This document shows, piece after piece, positions 14,043 through 27,184 of a stretch of DNA of 64,000 nt. A program made the translations under genes and the position numbers. The stretch's first letter is position 1, and each line of letters opens with the position of its first letter. The DNA comes from Lama glama (lineage: Eukaryota), in NCBI GenBank assembly GCA_028534125.1, contig CM052818.1:18354001-18418000 (forward strand), in the 5' to 3' direction. Under the pieces are notes generated by a model. That model worked only from the letters and a program-made list of their open reading frames with translations, made no database searches and was not told the DNA's origin.

Positions 14043-17000
14043 TCCTAGAACCAATGCCAGGAACTGGGAAGCTGGGCCCCACCTCCCGAGTATCTCCTCC
14101 AAGAGTGAACCGTGGTCGGTCTTCCCCCTCAGCAGGCTCAGGTCCTTGCCCCTGCTAGATGCAGACAAGGGATACTAAGGGAGTTAGAGGGGGGCCCCAA
14201 TCCAATCATAACTTTGCCTGAAGGCAAAACTTTCAGTTGAGTGAAAACCTGGGAGCCTCTGAAACACCTGAGGGTGCAAGGAGATGATGTTCTGCTGCGA
14301 AGAGAAATAAATGTTGAAAAAGCCAGGAGCACACAGACAGGCTCCACTGAGTTTCCGCGGAGCAGCCTAGAATCCTGATTTTCCCTCCTGAGCCTTGACC
14401 TTGAACAACAGCAGCCATCTACGTTTTCACCTGATATTCTGAACTCACTGAAGTTTGGGGTTTTTTTTTTTTTCCTTTTAAGCAATCAAGCAATTGCTGT
14501 TTCCTTGGGAAATCGTTTCCTGTGGGGGAAATTTAATGCATTGCCTTTGCAGGCTGGAGCCAGTACAATCATATTCTGATGGTTTATCAAATTGATTTGG
14601 CTATAGCTCAGATTCATTTGATAGTTCAGATTCAAACACTGAGTTATTTGTATAAGAATGATTCTCTTCCATTACCAGTGTACCCACAGTCCTATAGATA
14701 GTAAATTGCCTTCTTATTCCGCCTGGGATCATGAAAGAGAGGTCTTCTAGCCATCTGTCAGTGTAGTATACACCAGAAATGTGCTCTCACTTATGGAAAT
14801 GATTGACCTGTAATAACATCTTTGCTGGGAAAAATAGAAATTGTTCAAATCAAATTTGTGGCACTGGTTATCACACACTTTATTAAATGGGGCACAGAGC
14901 ACAGTTTAACTCCTGGCTCTCCTGCCTCAGCATCTTATTACTGACTGCTGTCTCCCTTTCTACTTTGTATCTCAAAATCAAGAATCCGAACGATGTTGAA
15001 ACAGTTCAGGGTTACTAAATCACCCCAGCACCAGCCATCGTCTCGTCATGTCTCATATTCGTACTTTCCAGGATTTAAATTCTCAAAACCAGTCCCTGCC
15101 AGAAAGTAGCATGTGCTGAAATACTAACCAAAATGGCATCTTAAGAAGAAAGACTGCAGTCATGAGACTAGCCTGAAAGATAAGGATTAAAAACACCAGC
15201 CCATCACTACCCCTTTCCCCTTGTCCAGCCTACCAGCCCCAGGAACAATGTCAGTAATAAATATTCTCACCCATTCACTGAGCATATTAGGGCTTGCACT
15301 GTCATACAATTAGGAGATGCTGACTGAGCACCTACTATGTGTCTGGTACTATGCTAGATCTAAGGACAGAGAGATTTAAAAACAACAGTACCTGCACCAT
15401 CCTGTCTCTTTCTGGTAGAGGGACAAACGATACTGCCCAAAACCAGAGGCTCTGCAGAAATTTTCACAGGAGGCTACAGTAACAGAACGGATGCCCATAC
15501 ATCTTTGACATGTGACACAGTGACTTTTAACAGATGAAGTGACAGTGTGAGAGGAGGAAAACTCTTAAATCATGCCTGAATTTCTGCAATGGCTACTTCA
15601 CCCCCTTCCTACCTTCAGTCCTGTCTCCTTCCAATTCATTTAACAATAAATGAACACCTACTATGCACCAGGCTTAAGGTTCTCAAGACTGATCTTACAA
15701 AATCACTTCTTTCAATAAGTCATCCTTCCGCTCATAGAAATTCCCAACATTTCTGCTTGGCCTTCTGGGCTCAGAAATGGAATCCCTTCTTGTGGTTCCC
15801 TTTATTCCTCAAAACATGGTTTTCCAGAATCACCCTTCTGAAAACCCCTCACTGCCATGCTCTGTGTTCTGGGCTTCTCTCCAAGTCTGCTTTTAGCCAG
15901 TCATCACAAAACCCCCTTCTATGAAGACATCAGTAACTGAGAATACCTTATTTTGTTACTCTCCCTAGGGATGTCTGCATCCTAAGAGTGGAAAGTGCTT
16001 TTACAAAGGAATTAAAAATCTAACATTAGATTTCCAAGCCACGTGGAAGATCTGAGCCAGAGAATGGACTCTGTGTGTCTGTGTCTGTGTGTGCATGTGT
16101 GTGTTAGGGGAACAGAGAGCAAAAGTGGGAATATTTGTAGTTAAAGTCACAAACCACACTGAACAGTATCCTCTTATCTTTGTCCTTGCTGATATAAACA
16201 TCTATGGATTTTTCTTAATTCATGGAGGTACCAGAGAAACATTTTTTTCTGCCAGTCCAACATGTGGAAGTCTTGATAGGTTCCATGTTTGCTCACTCCA
16301 CCAGTATCCAGTAAGCTTGAAGAAAACACTTCCACAAACACTTTGATTTCCCTACCACCCAGGAACCACTTTTGCTAAAGACTTTTGCTTTACCAAACTG
16401 AATGTGCATCTCTCTCCTACTAACCACACCCTCCTTTCAACATCCACCAGCAGAAGATCTGGATCCCAGGACACTGACAAGATGCCACCTAGTGCAATTG
16501 ACAGCGGCTTATATATTTTGCAGCTATGATGAGGAGGAATCCAAAATACAAGCTAGCTCCAGAACACTGAGCAGACAGAAAGGCACCAACGCTTTCCAAG
16601 CAGGCTCCCCCATCCAACACCTAGTCACTGGATTGCATGCAGGTCGATCCACCCAACACATTATTCTACTTGTTCACTAATCCATGTCTATCTCCTTGTC
16701 AACTTTGCACAAGGTGGCTCCCTTCCTTGGTGCCTTTGATACTCTCAGTCACATATAATTGCCTGCTGCAGAAACACCATTTGGCTGAGCTCTCTTCCAA
16801 ACCACATTTCTTCTCTCAGTCTGCCTTATTTTTCTCTCTATAGAATTGCTCTCCTGTAACAAATACATAAGCCGCTGTGAAATGTTAATGCTGCTCAGGC
16901 ATCTCTGCTAATCAGACAACTATTGACTGAGCAGATTTCATGAGCCCAGCCCTGTGCCAGTTACAAAGCAGGACACAAAAGTTTCTTAATAATGTCTGCT

Positions 17001-17394
17001 CTCAGAGCATCTGAAATCTGGCTGAGGAGACGAAACAAATACACGTGAAAAGTGGAACGGTATGAAACAATAGAATAGAGAACACAAGGAACTAGATTCT
17101 TTGTAACTGCTAGAAGTCAGAGGATATCATCACAGTTGGCTGGGGTGATCTATCCATTCCCTTTCCCAATCCTCCATCAGTGCCACCCCAGGCATATCTT
17201 TGAACAAAGCAACAACTTTCTGGGTGCTTACTCCATCAGCACTGCTGAGAATGCAAGGATCCCTCTGCCCTCAAGGAGAGAAAAAATGCAAATACAAAGA
17301 GTAGTACATTAAAGCAAGAGATAGAGAGGCAGAAAGTATACGGACTACAATGCTACTGCGCTCTTTATGGCTTTCAAGGAAAAATACCTGTTCA

Positions 17395-17935
17395 GCTGTT
17401 AGAAATGATGGAGATGATGGAATCAGAAAACTTAGTGGCTTAAAACAACCATTCCATTTTGCTCACAATTTTGCATTTTAGAAGAGTGAGTGGCTTATCT
17501 CTCATCTATGTGATGTCAGCTTGGGTGGCTGGGTCTGGGGGATCTCTAGCTCCAACTCGTCCCCTTCACTCACATGTCTGGTGCATCTCTGCTACTTGGT
17601 ATCTCTCTACATGCACACATGCACTCACGCATGCGTGCCCACGCACACACACACTGCCTCACATCCTCCAGGATCCTCTGCACATGGCCTAGACTTTTTG
17701 CAGCATGGCAGGATCAGGGCATTCAGAGTCCATTCACAGCAGCTTAGGGTTCTATAAGGCCCAAATAGAAGCTGTCAGTGCTCTTAAAGGCAAAGTCCAG
17801 AATTGGTATAGCAACACTCTCATCATACTCTGTTGTAGTCCAAAGACATCACAGTCCAGCCTAGATTCAAGGGAAGGGCAAACGGACCCTCTGTGGAAGA
17901 GTATAAAGAATCTGTAGTCATCTTTAATTGAACAC
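17395..17935 (-). mobile_element. MaLR LTR (MLT1-type) remnant with CA-rich insert
   Basis: cttagtggcttaaaacaacca...gctcacaatt...ctagattcaagggaaggg. Confidence 0.65.
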
Positions 17936-18579
17936 AGAGTAAATGAGAGAATATGATGGCATTGCATGGAATATAAATTTTTTCTATTTTGGGGAATCTT
18001 CAATTAATGTGATTTTTGCATATTCTAAACTCAAGTGGGAAGAGGCATAGCTAAGAAAAAAAATCATCTTCTGCTTTGTATGCTTGCTTTCAGAAATATG
18101 AAAGATGTCCCTGGCAGGTAATAAATAATTGCTCTGGTTTAAATTGTTCCTGAAGAACTTTCTGGTACACTTTCATCTCATTCTTTGGAGGGAATCTTGA
18201 ACTGTCTTAAACAGAACAGGCAATCTTTGCTCCCTTCCACATTTGAGGGGAAATAGAGAGCCCATACACCAGGTGAAACAAAAACGTGGTGACAGGGACC
18301 AGAGCAAATGTCATTAGAGGAAGTGGTCAGAGGAGCAACTGCTGGAAAAGAGAAACTAGAAGGACTTCTTAGGGCAGAGAAGACAGTTGAAAAGCTCTGG
18401 AACAATGGGATGTACAGAGTAGGCCAGGACAGCTAGATCTTTCAACAGCAGAGAGCAAAGACTCATCACAGGGCAAAGGCTCATGGATCAGACTCTTACC
18501 TGCAAGGACCCTATCTCTGAGGAATTGTAATACATAGGGAAGAACGAGAAAAGAGACTTTGGAACACTATAAAATTTTA

Positions 18580-19060
18580 CCCCATGGTGATAGCAATGAA
18601 TGTTGTGAAAGGTAGTTAAAGTCCAGATGTGTGTGAAAGGTAGGGCCAAGTTCTTGTGCTAAGGGTTTGCATATGAGGTGTGAGAGAAAGAGAAGACAAG
18701 GATGACTTCTAAATTTTTGCATGAACAACTGGAAAGTCTGTAAGGAGAGCAGGTTTAGGGAAAGATCAAGAGCTCAATTTTTAATACCTCCACCTGCCTA
18801 TTAAACAACAAAGAAGAGATTACAAGGAGGTAGTTGAACATAAGAGTCTGGAGTTTAAGGGAGAAGAGCAGCCTAGAGATAAAAATTAGAGCCATCCATC
18901 AGCATATAGTTGGTGTTTAAGTCATAAAGCAAGATGAGTTCACCTACATGTAAGTGCAAATGGGGAAAAGAAGGCTATGTTCTGAGCCCATGGGTACTCC
19001 ACCAACTAGAGGTCAGGAAGTAACCAGCAAAGAAGTACTGTCCAAAAAGTTAGGAGACAA
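18580..19060 (-). mobile_element. L2 remnant
   Basis: gtgagagaaagagaagacaaggatgacttctaa, gagtctggagtttaagggagaag, catcagcatatagttggtgttt. Confidence 0.7.
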
Positions 19061-19114
19061 ACAGTACTAGATATAAAGAAAGTCACCAGGAAGACGTAGA
19101 AATTCTGTATTTGT

Positions 19115-19250
19115 CTGTAATAAACTATAATGGAAAATAATTTTTTAAAAGAGTATAGCTATATACACATATATGTATAGTTGAATCACTTTGCTATATA
19201 CCTGAAACTAACACAATATTGTGAATCAAATATAATTCAACTAAAAATTT
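19115..19250 (+). mobile_element. Short 5'-truncated cetartiodactyl-type L1 3' end
   Basis: tgtaataaactataatggaaaa...gaatcactttgctatatacctgaaactaacacaatattgt. Confidence 0.75.
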
Positions 19251-20034
19251 CGATAATTTTATGTACCTAAAAATTGTCATCAAAAATACATAATGCAAAA
19301 ATTGACAAAACTTAAAGTAGCAGTATACAAATCCAAAATCATAGTTGGATATTTTAATGTGGCTTTCTCAGAGGTGATAGAACAAGCAAGCAAAAAATCA
19401 GCAAGCATACTGAAGTATTTGAACAATAGCACCGATGAATTTGATTTACCTGGCATCCAATAAGGAGGGGAACTAACTGAAATATATACAGGTGTTACAT
19501 AAAAGTAATCATTAATATTAAGCAGAGGATTAGCAGTGGTAGGTCACCAAGACTCATTCTAGGACTTGAAGGCAAGTGAGGATGTGGTCTTCCTCAAGCA
19601 CAAGAACTGGGATGTCTGGTAGCTGCTAGACATTCAGTGGACCTGCCTGATGACATCTGGAGTCACAGAGTAGATGTTGCCTGAGGTAGAGGAGGAACAA
19701 GCAATGCCCTAACTTCACCCTTCCTCCCACCCTCCAATCTCCTACCAGTGCCATTTGCTGAACCCAACTGAAGGTTGATTGTCAAGGTGGTACCTGAAAA
19801 ATGGAACCTGCAGAAAAATGGAACCTCTCCTGCAATACAGAATAGAACACAGAAAAGGGCACAGAATGAATATGAGAGAAACCAGGCAAATGACCAGCAC
19901 ATCACGTCCGTTGCTGGGTACTTCATAGGAACGGTAATGGGGAATCACTGACTAGCTACACGCAGGAAGTTACAATCTAATTGGCATTTTAAAGTATTAT
20001 ATGCAGTGTAGGTTGTATTAAAGAGAGATGGACA

Positions 20035-20535
20035 CAATAGTTAATTTTATTTGTGAAGCTGACTGGGCCATGGCATGCCAGAGAGTTGGTAAAACATTAT
20101 TTCTCATGTGTCTGTGAGAGTGTTTTCAGAAGAGGTTTGCATTGGAATCAACAGACTGAGTAAAGAAGCTTCACCCTCCCCAGTGTGGGTAGGCATTGTC
20201 TCATGAGTTAAGGGCCCTACTGGAACAAAAAGGCAGAGGAAAGGCAAACATGCTTCCTTTCTTCTTGAGCTTCATCTCCTCCTGGCCTTGGACATCAGAG
20301 ATCCTGATTCTCTGGCCTTCAGACTCTGGGACTTAGACCAGTGGCCTCCATGGTTCTCAGGCCTCTGGTCTCAGAGTGAATTTTAACACCAACTTTCCTG
20401 GTTCTCTGGCTTGAAGATGGCATATCCTGGGACTTCTCAGCCTCCATTATTGTGTGAGCCAATTTCCATAATAAATCTCCTATTATACATCTCCATATAT
20501 CCTATTAGTTCTGTGTCTCTGGAGAACCCTGATAT
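20035..20535 (+). mobile_element. ERVL solo LTR (MLT2-type)
   Basis: gttaattttat...gactgggcca...aaacattatttct start; tgagccaattt, ataataaatctc, cctattagttctgtgtctctggagaaccctga end. Confidence 0.85.
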
Positions 20536-20589
20536 GATGGCCAGGAGAACTGCCTTTATGAGGCTGTTGTGTCTCTCTCTAGGCATAGA

Positions 20590-21330
20590 TTATGGTGATT
20601 TAGACTTAAGTTGCAGCAAAGGAGTGGACTGATTTGAAACAGATGTGAAAGTTAGGCTCGGGAGAACAAGAAACTGATGTCCAAATGAGGAGAGAGGGTC
20701 AAGGATGACTCCCAGGTTTCTCTCCTGAACAGCAGGGGAAAATGGAGGAGTCAGTTGCTGAGATAAGAAAAACAAATGGGGAGGAACATATTTATAAGGA
20801 AAATGGTAAATTTAGTTTTGATAGTTGCAAGTCATCAAAATGGTGGGATCTGATGGTCAACGGATTATCTGGGGTTGGGGTTCGGAAGTAGGATCTGAAC
20901 TTGGATTTACATTTGGAATCCATCAGCATATACCTGGTATCTGAAACCAAGGAAGTGGGTAAGATCACTTGGGAAGCTTAGGTACAATCAGAAAGGGGCC
21001 TAAGTTTCAAGAAACACCAACATTAGAGAACAGATAGAGGAGAAAGAAAACAAAATTGGAAATGAGTCAAAGTAAGTAGAAGTCAAAAGAAATTAAAAAG
21101 AATGTGATGCCAAGAAAGAGTGTGCATTAGAGTGTTTTACAGGTGAAGTGCAATTGAGAAGTCAAGAAGGTTAGAACTAAGATGTGACTTAAGTGAGTAC
21201 TGTTTCTCCAGAGATTGGGAAGAAACTGAGCTGGATTATGAGATGAGGAAACAATGACATCAAGTATGGACAACCAGGATAAGAAGTTTGATTGGAAAAG
21301 GGAAGTGACAAATAGGGCAGCAATTATGAG
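20590..21330 (-). mobile_element. L2 remnant
   Basis: gtcaaggatgactcccaggtttct, catcagcatatacctggtatctgaaacc. Confidence 0.7.
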
Positions 21331-21343
21331 TGGGTTTCATTGA

Positions 21344-21437
21344 ACACCAGGAAGCATTATAAATTTGGGGGCAAGAGAAGGAATGACACCAGGAAGCATT
21401 ATAAATTTTTGAGCAAGAGAAGGAATGACACCAGGAA
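21344..21437. repeat. 42-bp tandem duplication (2.2 copies)
   Basis: acaccaggaagcattataaattt(ggggg/ttgag)caagagaaggaatg x2 plus acaccaggaa; 39/42 identical. Confidence 0.95.
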
Positions 21438-21939
21438 AACAAGGCATTGAGAAAGTAATTTTCACCAGACTCCGCGAACATATGGGGTAGCCGATACATA
21501 TTCACACCCCCAAGTCTCATTGCTCTGAGTGCCCACTGCTTTGACTAATAGGAAATGCAGACATTATAAGATTCTCCTTCCCCAAGTGTATCCAGGGATC
21601 CCCAAGGGTGCCTGAAATGAATCCATCCTGGTCATCACGCGCCATCATCCCTATCAGAAGCCCTCGTTCACAGCCAGCCTGCTAATCCCAACAAGTCTCA
21701 GCTGGTACCATTTCAATCTCCTTGCTCCTACCAGCTGGTCATGGTTGTTTTGAAGGTTGCAGCTGCCAACAGCACTGCCAGAGAATCACTCATGTCACTG
21801 GTTCTGCTGCCAGAAAGGGTGGGAGTCTGGAGCCCAACAGGCACCTGGTTAAATTGTTCATTGCTGGCTTCCATAGAGACCCATTTACCCAGGCAGAGAC
21901 TCCTACAAAGCAAGAACAACTGTGTGTGTGTGCAATGTT

Positions 21940-22190
21940 TACTGATAATAGCTTCCAGCCATTAAGTGTTGGCTGGGACATTCTCTATGTACTTTAACTC
22001 ATGTAATTCTCACAACAACCCTCTGAGGCAGGTATGATTATGACCATTACTATTTTATAGCTGAGGAAACTGAGACACGGGAAAGTGAGATAACTTGACC
22101 AAGGTCATGAATCTAAAAGATCGAGGGGCAGGGTACACATGCATACAGTCAAGTCTAGCCATGGACACCAAGCTCATGACCACCACTCTC
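21940..22190 (-). mobile_element. MIR SINE
   Basis: ctcacaacaaccctctgaggcagg...ttttatagctgaggaaactgagacac...taacttgaccaaggtca. Confidence 0.85.
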
Positions 22191-22632
22191 CATCGCCACT
22201 TTGACTTGATGCCTCCGATGCCCACCAGACCCCTCTTCCCTTATGATGTGCTCTCTTCTCATCCTTTGCTGAAATCTGGCTACAGATTCCACCCCAGCTC
22301 ATCAGATCTATTTTTACGTCTGGCTTGATGATAGGAACGAAATGGTCTTAAACCCTCTGTCCTGTGTAAATTAGTGGGTATCTATTCTATAAATAGACTG
22401 TGGAAGGAGAAAGGGCTGCAATTAAGCCCCAGATCAGCCAAGATGTGAGTATATCCAGGATACTGAATGGCCTGTTATCTAAATCCTCCTACCACAAACA
22501 CGAGGGCCAGGGCTTCTACCAAACCAAATATCCTGTTAGCCAAATACTGATCTGACCGAGGTGTGCTGGATGTACCCATGTAAGAACATCACGACTGTGC
22601 CTGCCATTTTTCTAACACAGCAGAAAATATAG

Positions 22633-22860
<228 letters not shown>

Positions 22861-25800
22861 TGAGTCTTCTGGTGTCCATCCCTTGAGTCCCACTTGGGCA
22901 TTTCTCCAGTGCAGTACTTGGTCCACAGCTTCTACACCTTTGTGGAATGAAGAGAATCTACTTTCAGAGATCTCCCCGTTGAAAGGCCTCAGGCATACTT
23001 TAGATAAAAGCTTTAGCATTTTCTTTGAAAAAATGGGCTCACAGGAGAAGGCTACCTCCAGGGTAGACCTCCTATCAAATACTGAATGAGAGAACATGAA
23101 AAACTCCAAGCATGGTGCCTGGCTCATAATTAATACTTAGTAAATATCTGTTCCCTTTTTCCTTTGTACCAACATGGATTTATCTTCAAGTCTCAAGCTC
23201 TATACCCCATCAATGTGCCAGGGCCCATCAAAGTCAACTTTGAAGGGGAGAGGCATAAATCCCATATCAGAGACACCCACAACACAGTCCAACCACTCTA
23301 AACCTCTCTAATCCATCTTTGGAGATTAGCACCTCACAGGGAGGACAAAGATTGTAACATCTCTTCACTTTGGCTTTCTAGGCTGGTCAGGTTCGAGGAA
23401 GCCCCTATGTAAGAGGGTAATACAAATAAAGCCGAATCCCAGTGGTTAACTGGTTAAAAAGTTGAAGTTATTGTAGACAGGTTCTGGAGACAATGGAGAG
23501 TGAGTATGTTGGAGATTATACCAGATATTTAAAGGATCCACTGGAGGTATAATCCACTAAATATCAGGAGTTCTTACAGCTTTCTCCCTCTCCTGAACTC
23601 ACGGATACAACCATCCCACGCAGCTGCATGCAGTCACATGGTACCTTGTCACCACTGCTGTACAGTAGCCCAGCACTAACACGGCTTCTGTGGCATTATT
23701 TCACCAGTTCATGCAGTCTCTTCTGTTACTCAGCCTGAATATGTGACATGTCCTCTGTACTAAAGCAAAATAAAACAAAACAACCCAACAGCACACACCC
23801 TAAAATGTTCTCAAAGTAGGGAGGAGTCCACATTTAGACCCCCTGGAAGGATCTGCAAGGAAGGGGCTAATTTTCAGAATAAGCACTCATCATTGGGAAA
23901 CCATCCAGAATAGACTCTCCTCACAGATGAGCTCAAGGGCCAGAGAATTTCTTCCTAATGACTAGAATTTAAGAGCTTGGGCTGAGGCAAAAGGCTTGCC
24001 TCTTTGATATTCTGGGAAGTTATTCCAGCCAGGGCAAGAAAGATACCAATATCACTGCCAATTTAGTTCCACTAAATATCTCTCAGGAGAAATCTCAGAG
24101 GATGATCAGGCCACTGTAAGAGCTGCACATGGTGTGCTGTCTGGCCCAGTACCAATTCACCATTCTCTTACTCTGTTGCTCAGACTTCTCTGGTCTTGCC
24201 ACCACTTGGAAGTACATATGTAGCCTCGGGGCTCTCCCAGCTAGAAATCCCCAGGTCTGCCTTACATTGTACCATGACCTGAAGCATTCCCTGATCCCAC
24301 CAGACCACCTGGCTCTTACCTTCTCTAGGTCCCTATTCTAACTCACCATCAGGGCAGGTCGAGTGCAGCCAAGGAGAGGCCCAAGCCTCTTCTAGGAAGA
24401 CATGCCACGGTGTAGTAACAAAAATTGTGCGGTGTTTAGTCTTTGTATTTAACAAATTCACAAACAAATCTATATGCTTGGGCTATTTAGGAGAAAATCG
24501 CAGGATTTATTTTTTAAATGTTGTCATTCCATGGTATACTACAGTAGGTGCAGTTTGGTAATGAAATTTGAGTTTAAAGTTGTATGATGAAATTGTTCAC
24601 CCAATCCGCACTTGGAAACAATGCCTCCAAGCGTAAATATTAGGCCCTTGGGATTGTGAGATGGCCAACGGCCCTCCTGGACTCACCAAAAGACCTTGTC
24701 AACCACACCTCTCATGTGTCCCTCTGTTATTTCCCTGTCATAGTTCTCTACTCATCTTGCAGTGCTATTTTGCCCTTGTTTTATTCTTTAATTTTTTCTT
24801 GTATTTAGACCTTTTCTTCACAGCTAGATTTTAAACTGATGCACTGTGGCACATGATTAAGTACCCACATAGGGTCTACACCCCAACATGAACTTAGTCA
24901 GTAGCCGCCATCACCTGTCTTTCAACTGTCTCACTGCCAGGCACTGTGATACTTTGAACCTTTATCTCATTTAATTCTCACAAAGGTAACAATGCTATTT
25001 TTATTCCCTTCTCACAAAAGCAGACACTGAGGCTCAGAGACAATAAGAAACTTAACCAACACCAACTGAACTCAGATCCAAACTCTCTGGTCTGTCTGCC
25101 TCCAAAGCTCAGACTCTGGGCCACGATGCCATGCACTTCCGAAGTGTCTGTTCACTGATTTCTCGGGGCCCAGGAGTACCACCTTTCTAAACTCACCTGA
25201 AACTGAATTCCCAATTCTTAATGATACTTAGGGTTGGCCAAGTTACTGCAGATGCAAGACTTTATTTCCCTCGCTAACATTTTTGTTTCTATCCTTCCCT
25301 TAAAGATATGCATTGTTTACATTTCCCCCACTGGGTCATGTCACTGGGTCACTTCTGTTTCAGGAAAGGGAAGCAATATATTTAAAATATGTTGGTAACA
25401 GCATCAACAATAAGCATCTTCACAGAAGCCAACAGAGGCCCCAGGAAGTGAAGGCTATGTCTAGATGGTTAGTCAGACCTGTTGCAATGAAAACAAATCA
25501 CAGTCTGCACTTAACAGCAAGGTTACTTACTTTCTATTCCTAGAACTGGGCTGCCGCTAATCCAATGACAGGGTTTAGGAGCTGGGAGTTAGAATGAGAA
25601 ACAGAGTGATTCTCTGGTCCTCTCTTTGCCTGTCTCTGAACTTGCCTCACCTTTCTTGTAAGATCTCCAACTACACCAAAAGATTTCCTGTGCATCTTCA
25701 ATTATGTTTATACTAATTGTTTAACCTCCTTAATGCAAACTGTGACTGAGGTGAGAAGCCCTATCAGTCTTCAAAAAACAAACAAAAAAATGACACCTTC

Positions 25801-26154
25801 TCCAGGAAAAACAGAGTCCCTTGGGCCAAGGGAAAATGACTTCTGGGAAAGTCTGCTCACTTCCTTGGAGGGGAGAAAATGGGGGAGAGGGTTCTCACTA
25901 ACAGCCCCTTCTCAGAAGTTGATGCGGAAGAGTTCAGTCCATGTCCATTAGCACATGTGGCCAGCCATCATCCTTTTGTAACCAATGGAATCTTTGCCTC
26001 CTCCACTCACCAGCCACCCTCCTTATGAAGGAGAGGGGAGGTCTTTGATGAGTTTTAACACTCACTTTCCCACTCACTTTTTAGATTATGTTAAGGCTTG
26101 AGAGAAATTCAGTCACTTAACATTGCCATGAGCTTGTCCTTAAGGGAGGGAGGG

Positions 26155-26161
<7 letters not shown>

Positions 26162-26195
<34 letters not shown>
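26162..26195. repeat. (GT)17 microsatellite, intron 9
   Basis: Directly visible. Confidence 0.97.
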
Positions 26196-26197
<2 letters not shown>

Positions 26198-27184
26198 CCA
26201 TCCCCAAAAAGATCCAGTGTGAAATAGCCCCATTTCTTAAGCCTTTGCTTCAAAACAGAACTATCACCCTTTATCTCTATGTGCATTATCCACTTGTCTG
26301 GATAGAATATTTATTGTCTGGCTTTCATTCAATCCCTTCTGGAAGTGCCTCTATTCTGTTGACAAGGCCTCTTGTACACTCAGGTTTAAAAGAAAAACTA
26401 AGACAGAGAAGTGAGCCCAAGAAGAGCCATCTCTCCAGGGATGAGTTACAATCTCAGAATATATCAGGCCCCATGCAACCTGCATTTGTTCTCTGGGGCA
26501 GTCACTAGTGAACTATTCAATATGAGAGTGCCAGGCTTACCTTGCAGACAAATACATGCCTGAGGCTGGTTGTGGCCCCCAGGGGAATGAAGTAATAAAG
26601 AACAGGGCTCTCAGTAACATTTCAGGCAAATTAGCAGACCTCCTGGTAGCCTGAGTATCAAAGAATCAGGGACAGGGCTGACTGGGAACTAACTACAGCC
26701 TCTGATCTTCTGATTTACGTAGATAGGCAATTTTTATTTGAGTCAGAAGACAATCCAGATCGTCCAGGACTGGAGTTCAGAGTAGAGGAAGGGGGCTATA
26801 TCTACTACTCAGGCATAGTAAAAGAGAGCTGAATGGAGATGGGGAAGGGAGAGGGTGGAGTGGATATCAGGTCAGTAAATTATCTGCACTTAACAGCAAG
26901 GTTTAGCTAGTCCCAGGCGCCTTCCTCCCCACATTCAGGTTGTGGCCAGATGGTTTCCCCAGTGGGTTGTCCAACTCTAGGAATATACACACGAGTTATT
27001 CTGTTCATTTCCAGTAAGCAGCATTAACCCTTGAGCTTAGCCTCAAGGGTAGACAAACTGTTATTAAAAAAAAAAAAAAAAAACCTCAGGAAGAAACCCC
27101 ATTCTCTATTCTGTGTCAAGACAGTGATATATTTGCCATTCTGGATCTAACATGTTGATTCAATTCCTTTTTGTATTTTTCTAG

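Noticed and set aside
21344..21437. Repeat superficially like a CRISPR array
   Set aside because: Eukaryotic DNA; a tandem duplication with no unique spacers.
27171..27184. N-terminus MYFSS of the 415-aa ORF as a standalone intronless GPCR gene
   Set aside because: The start is a TTG inside the polypyrimidine tract; the real boundary is the acceptor at 27184/27185 that continues from exon 9.
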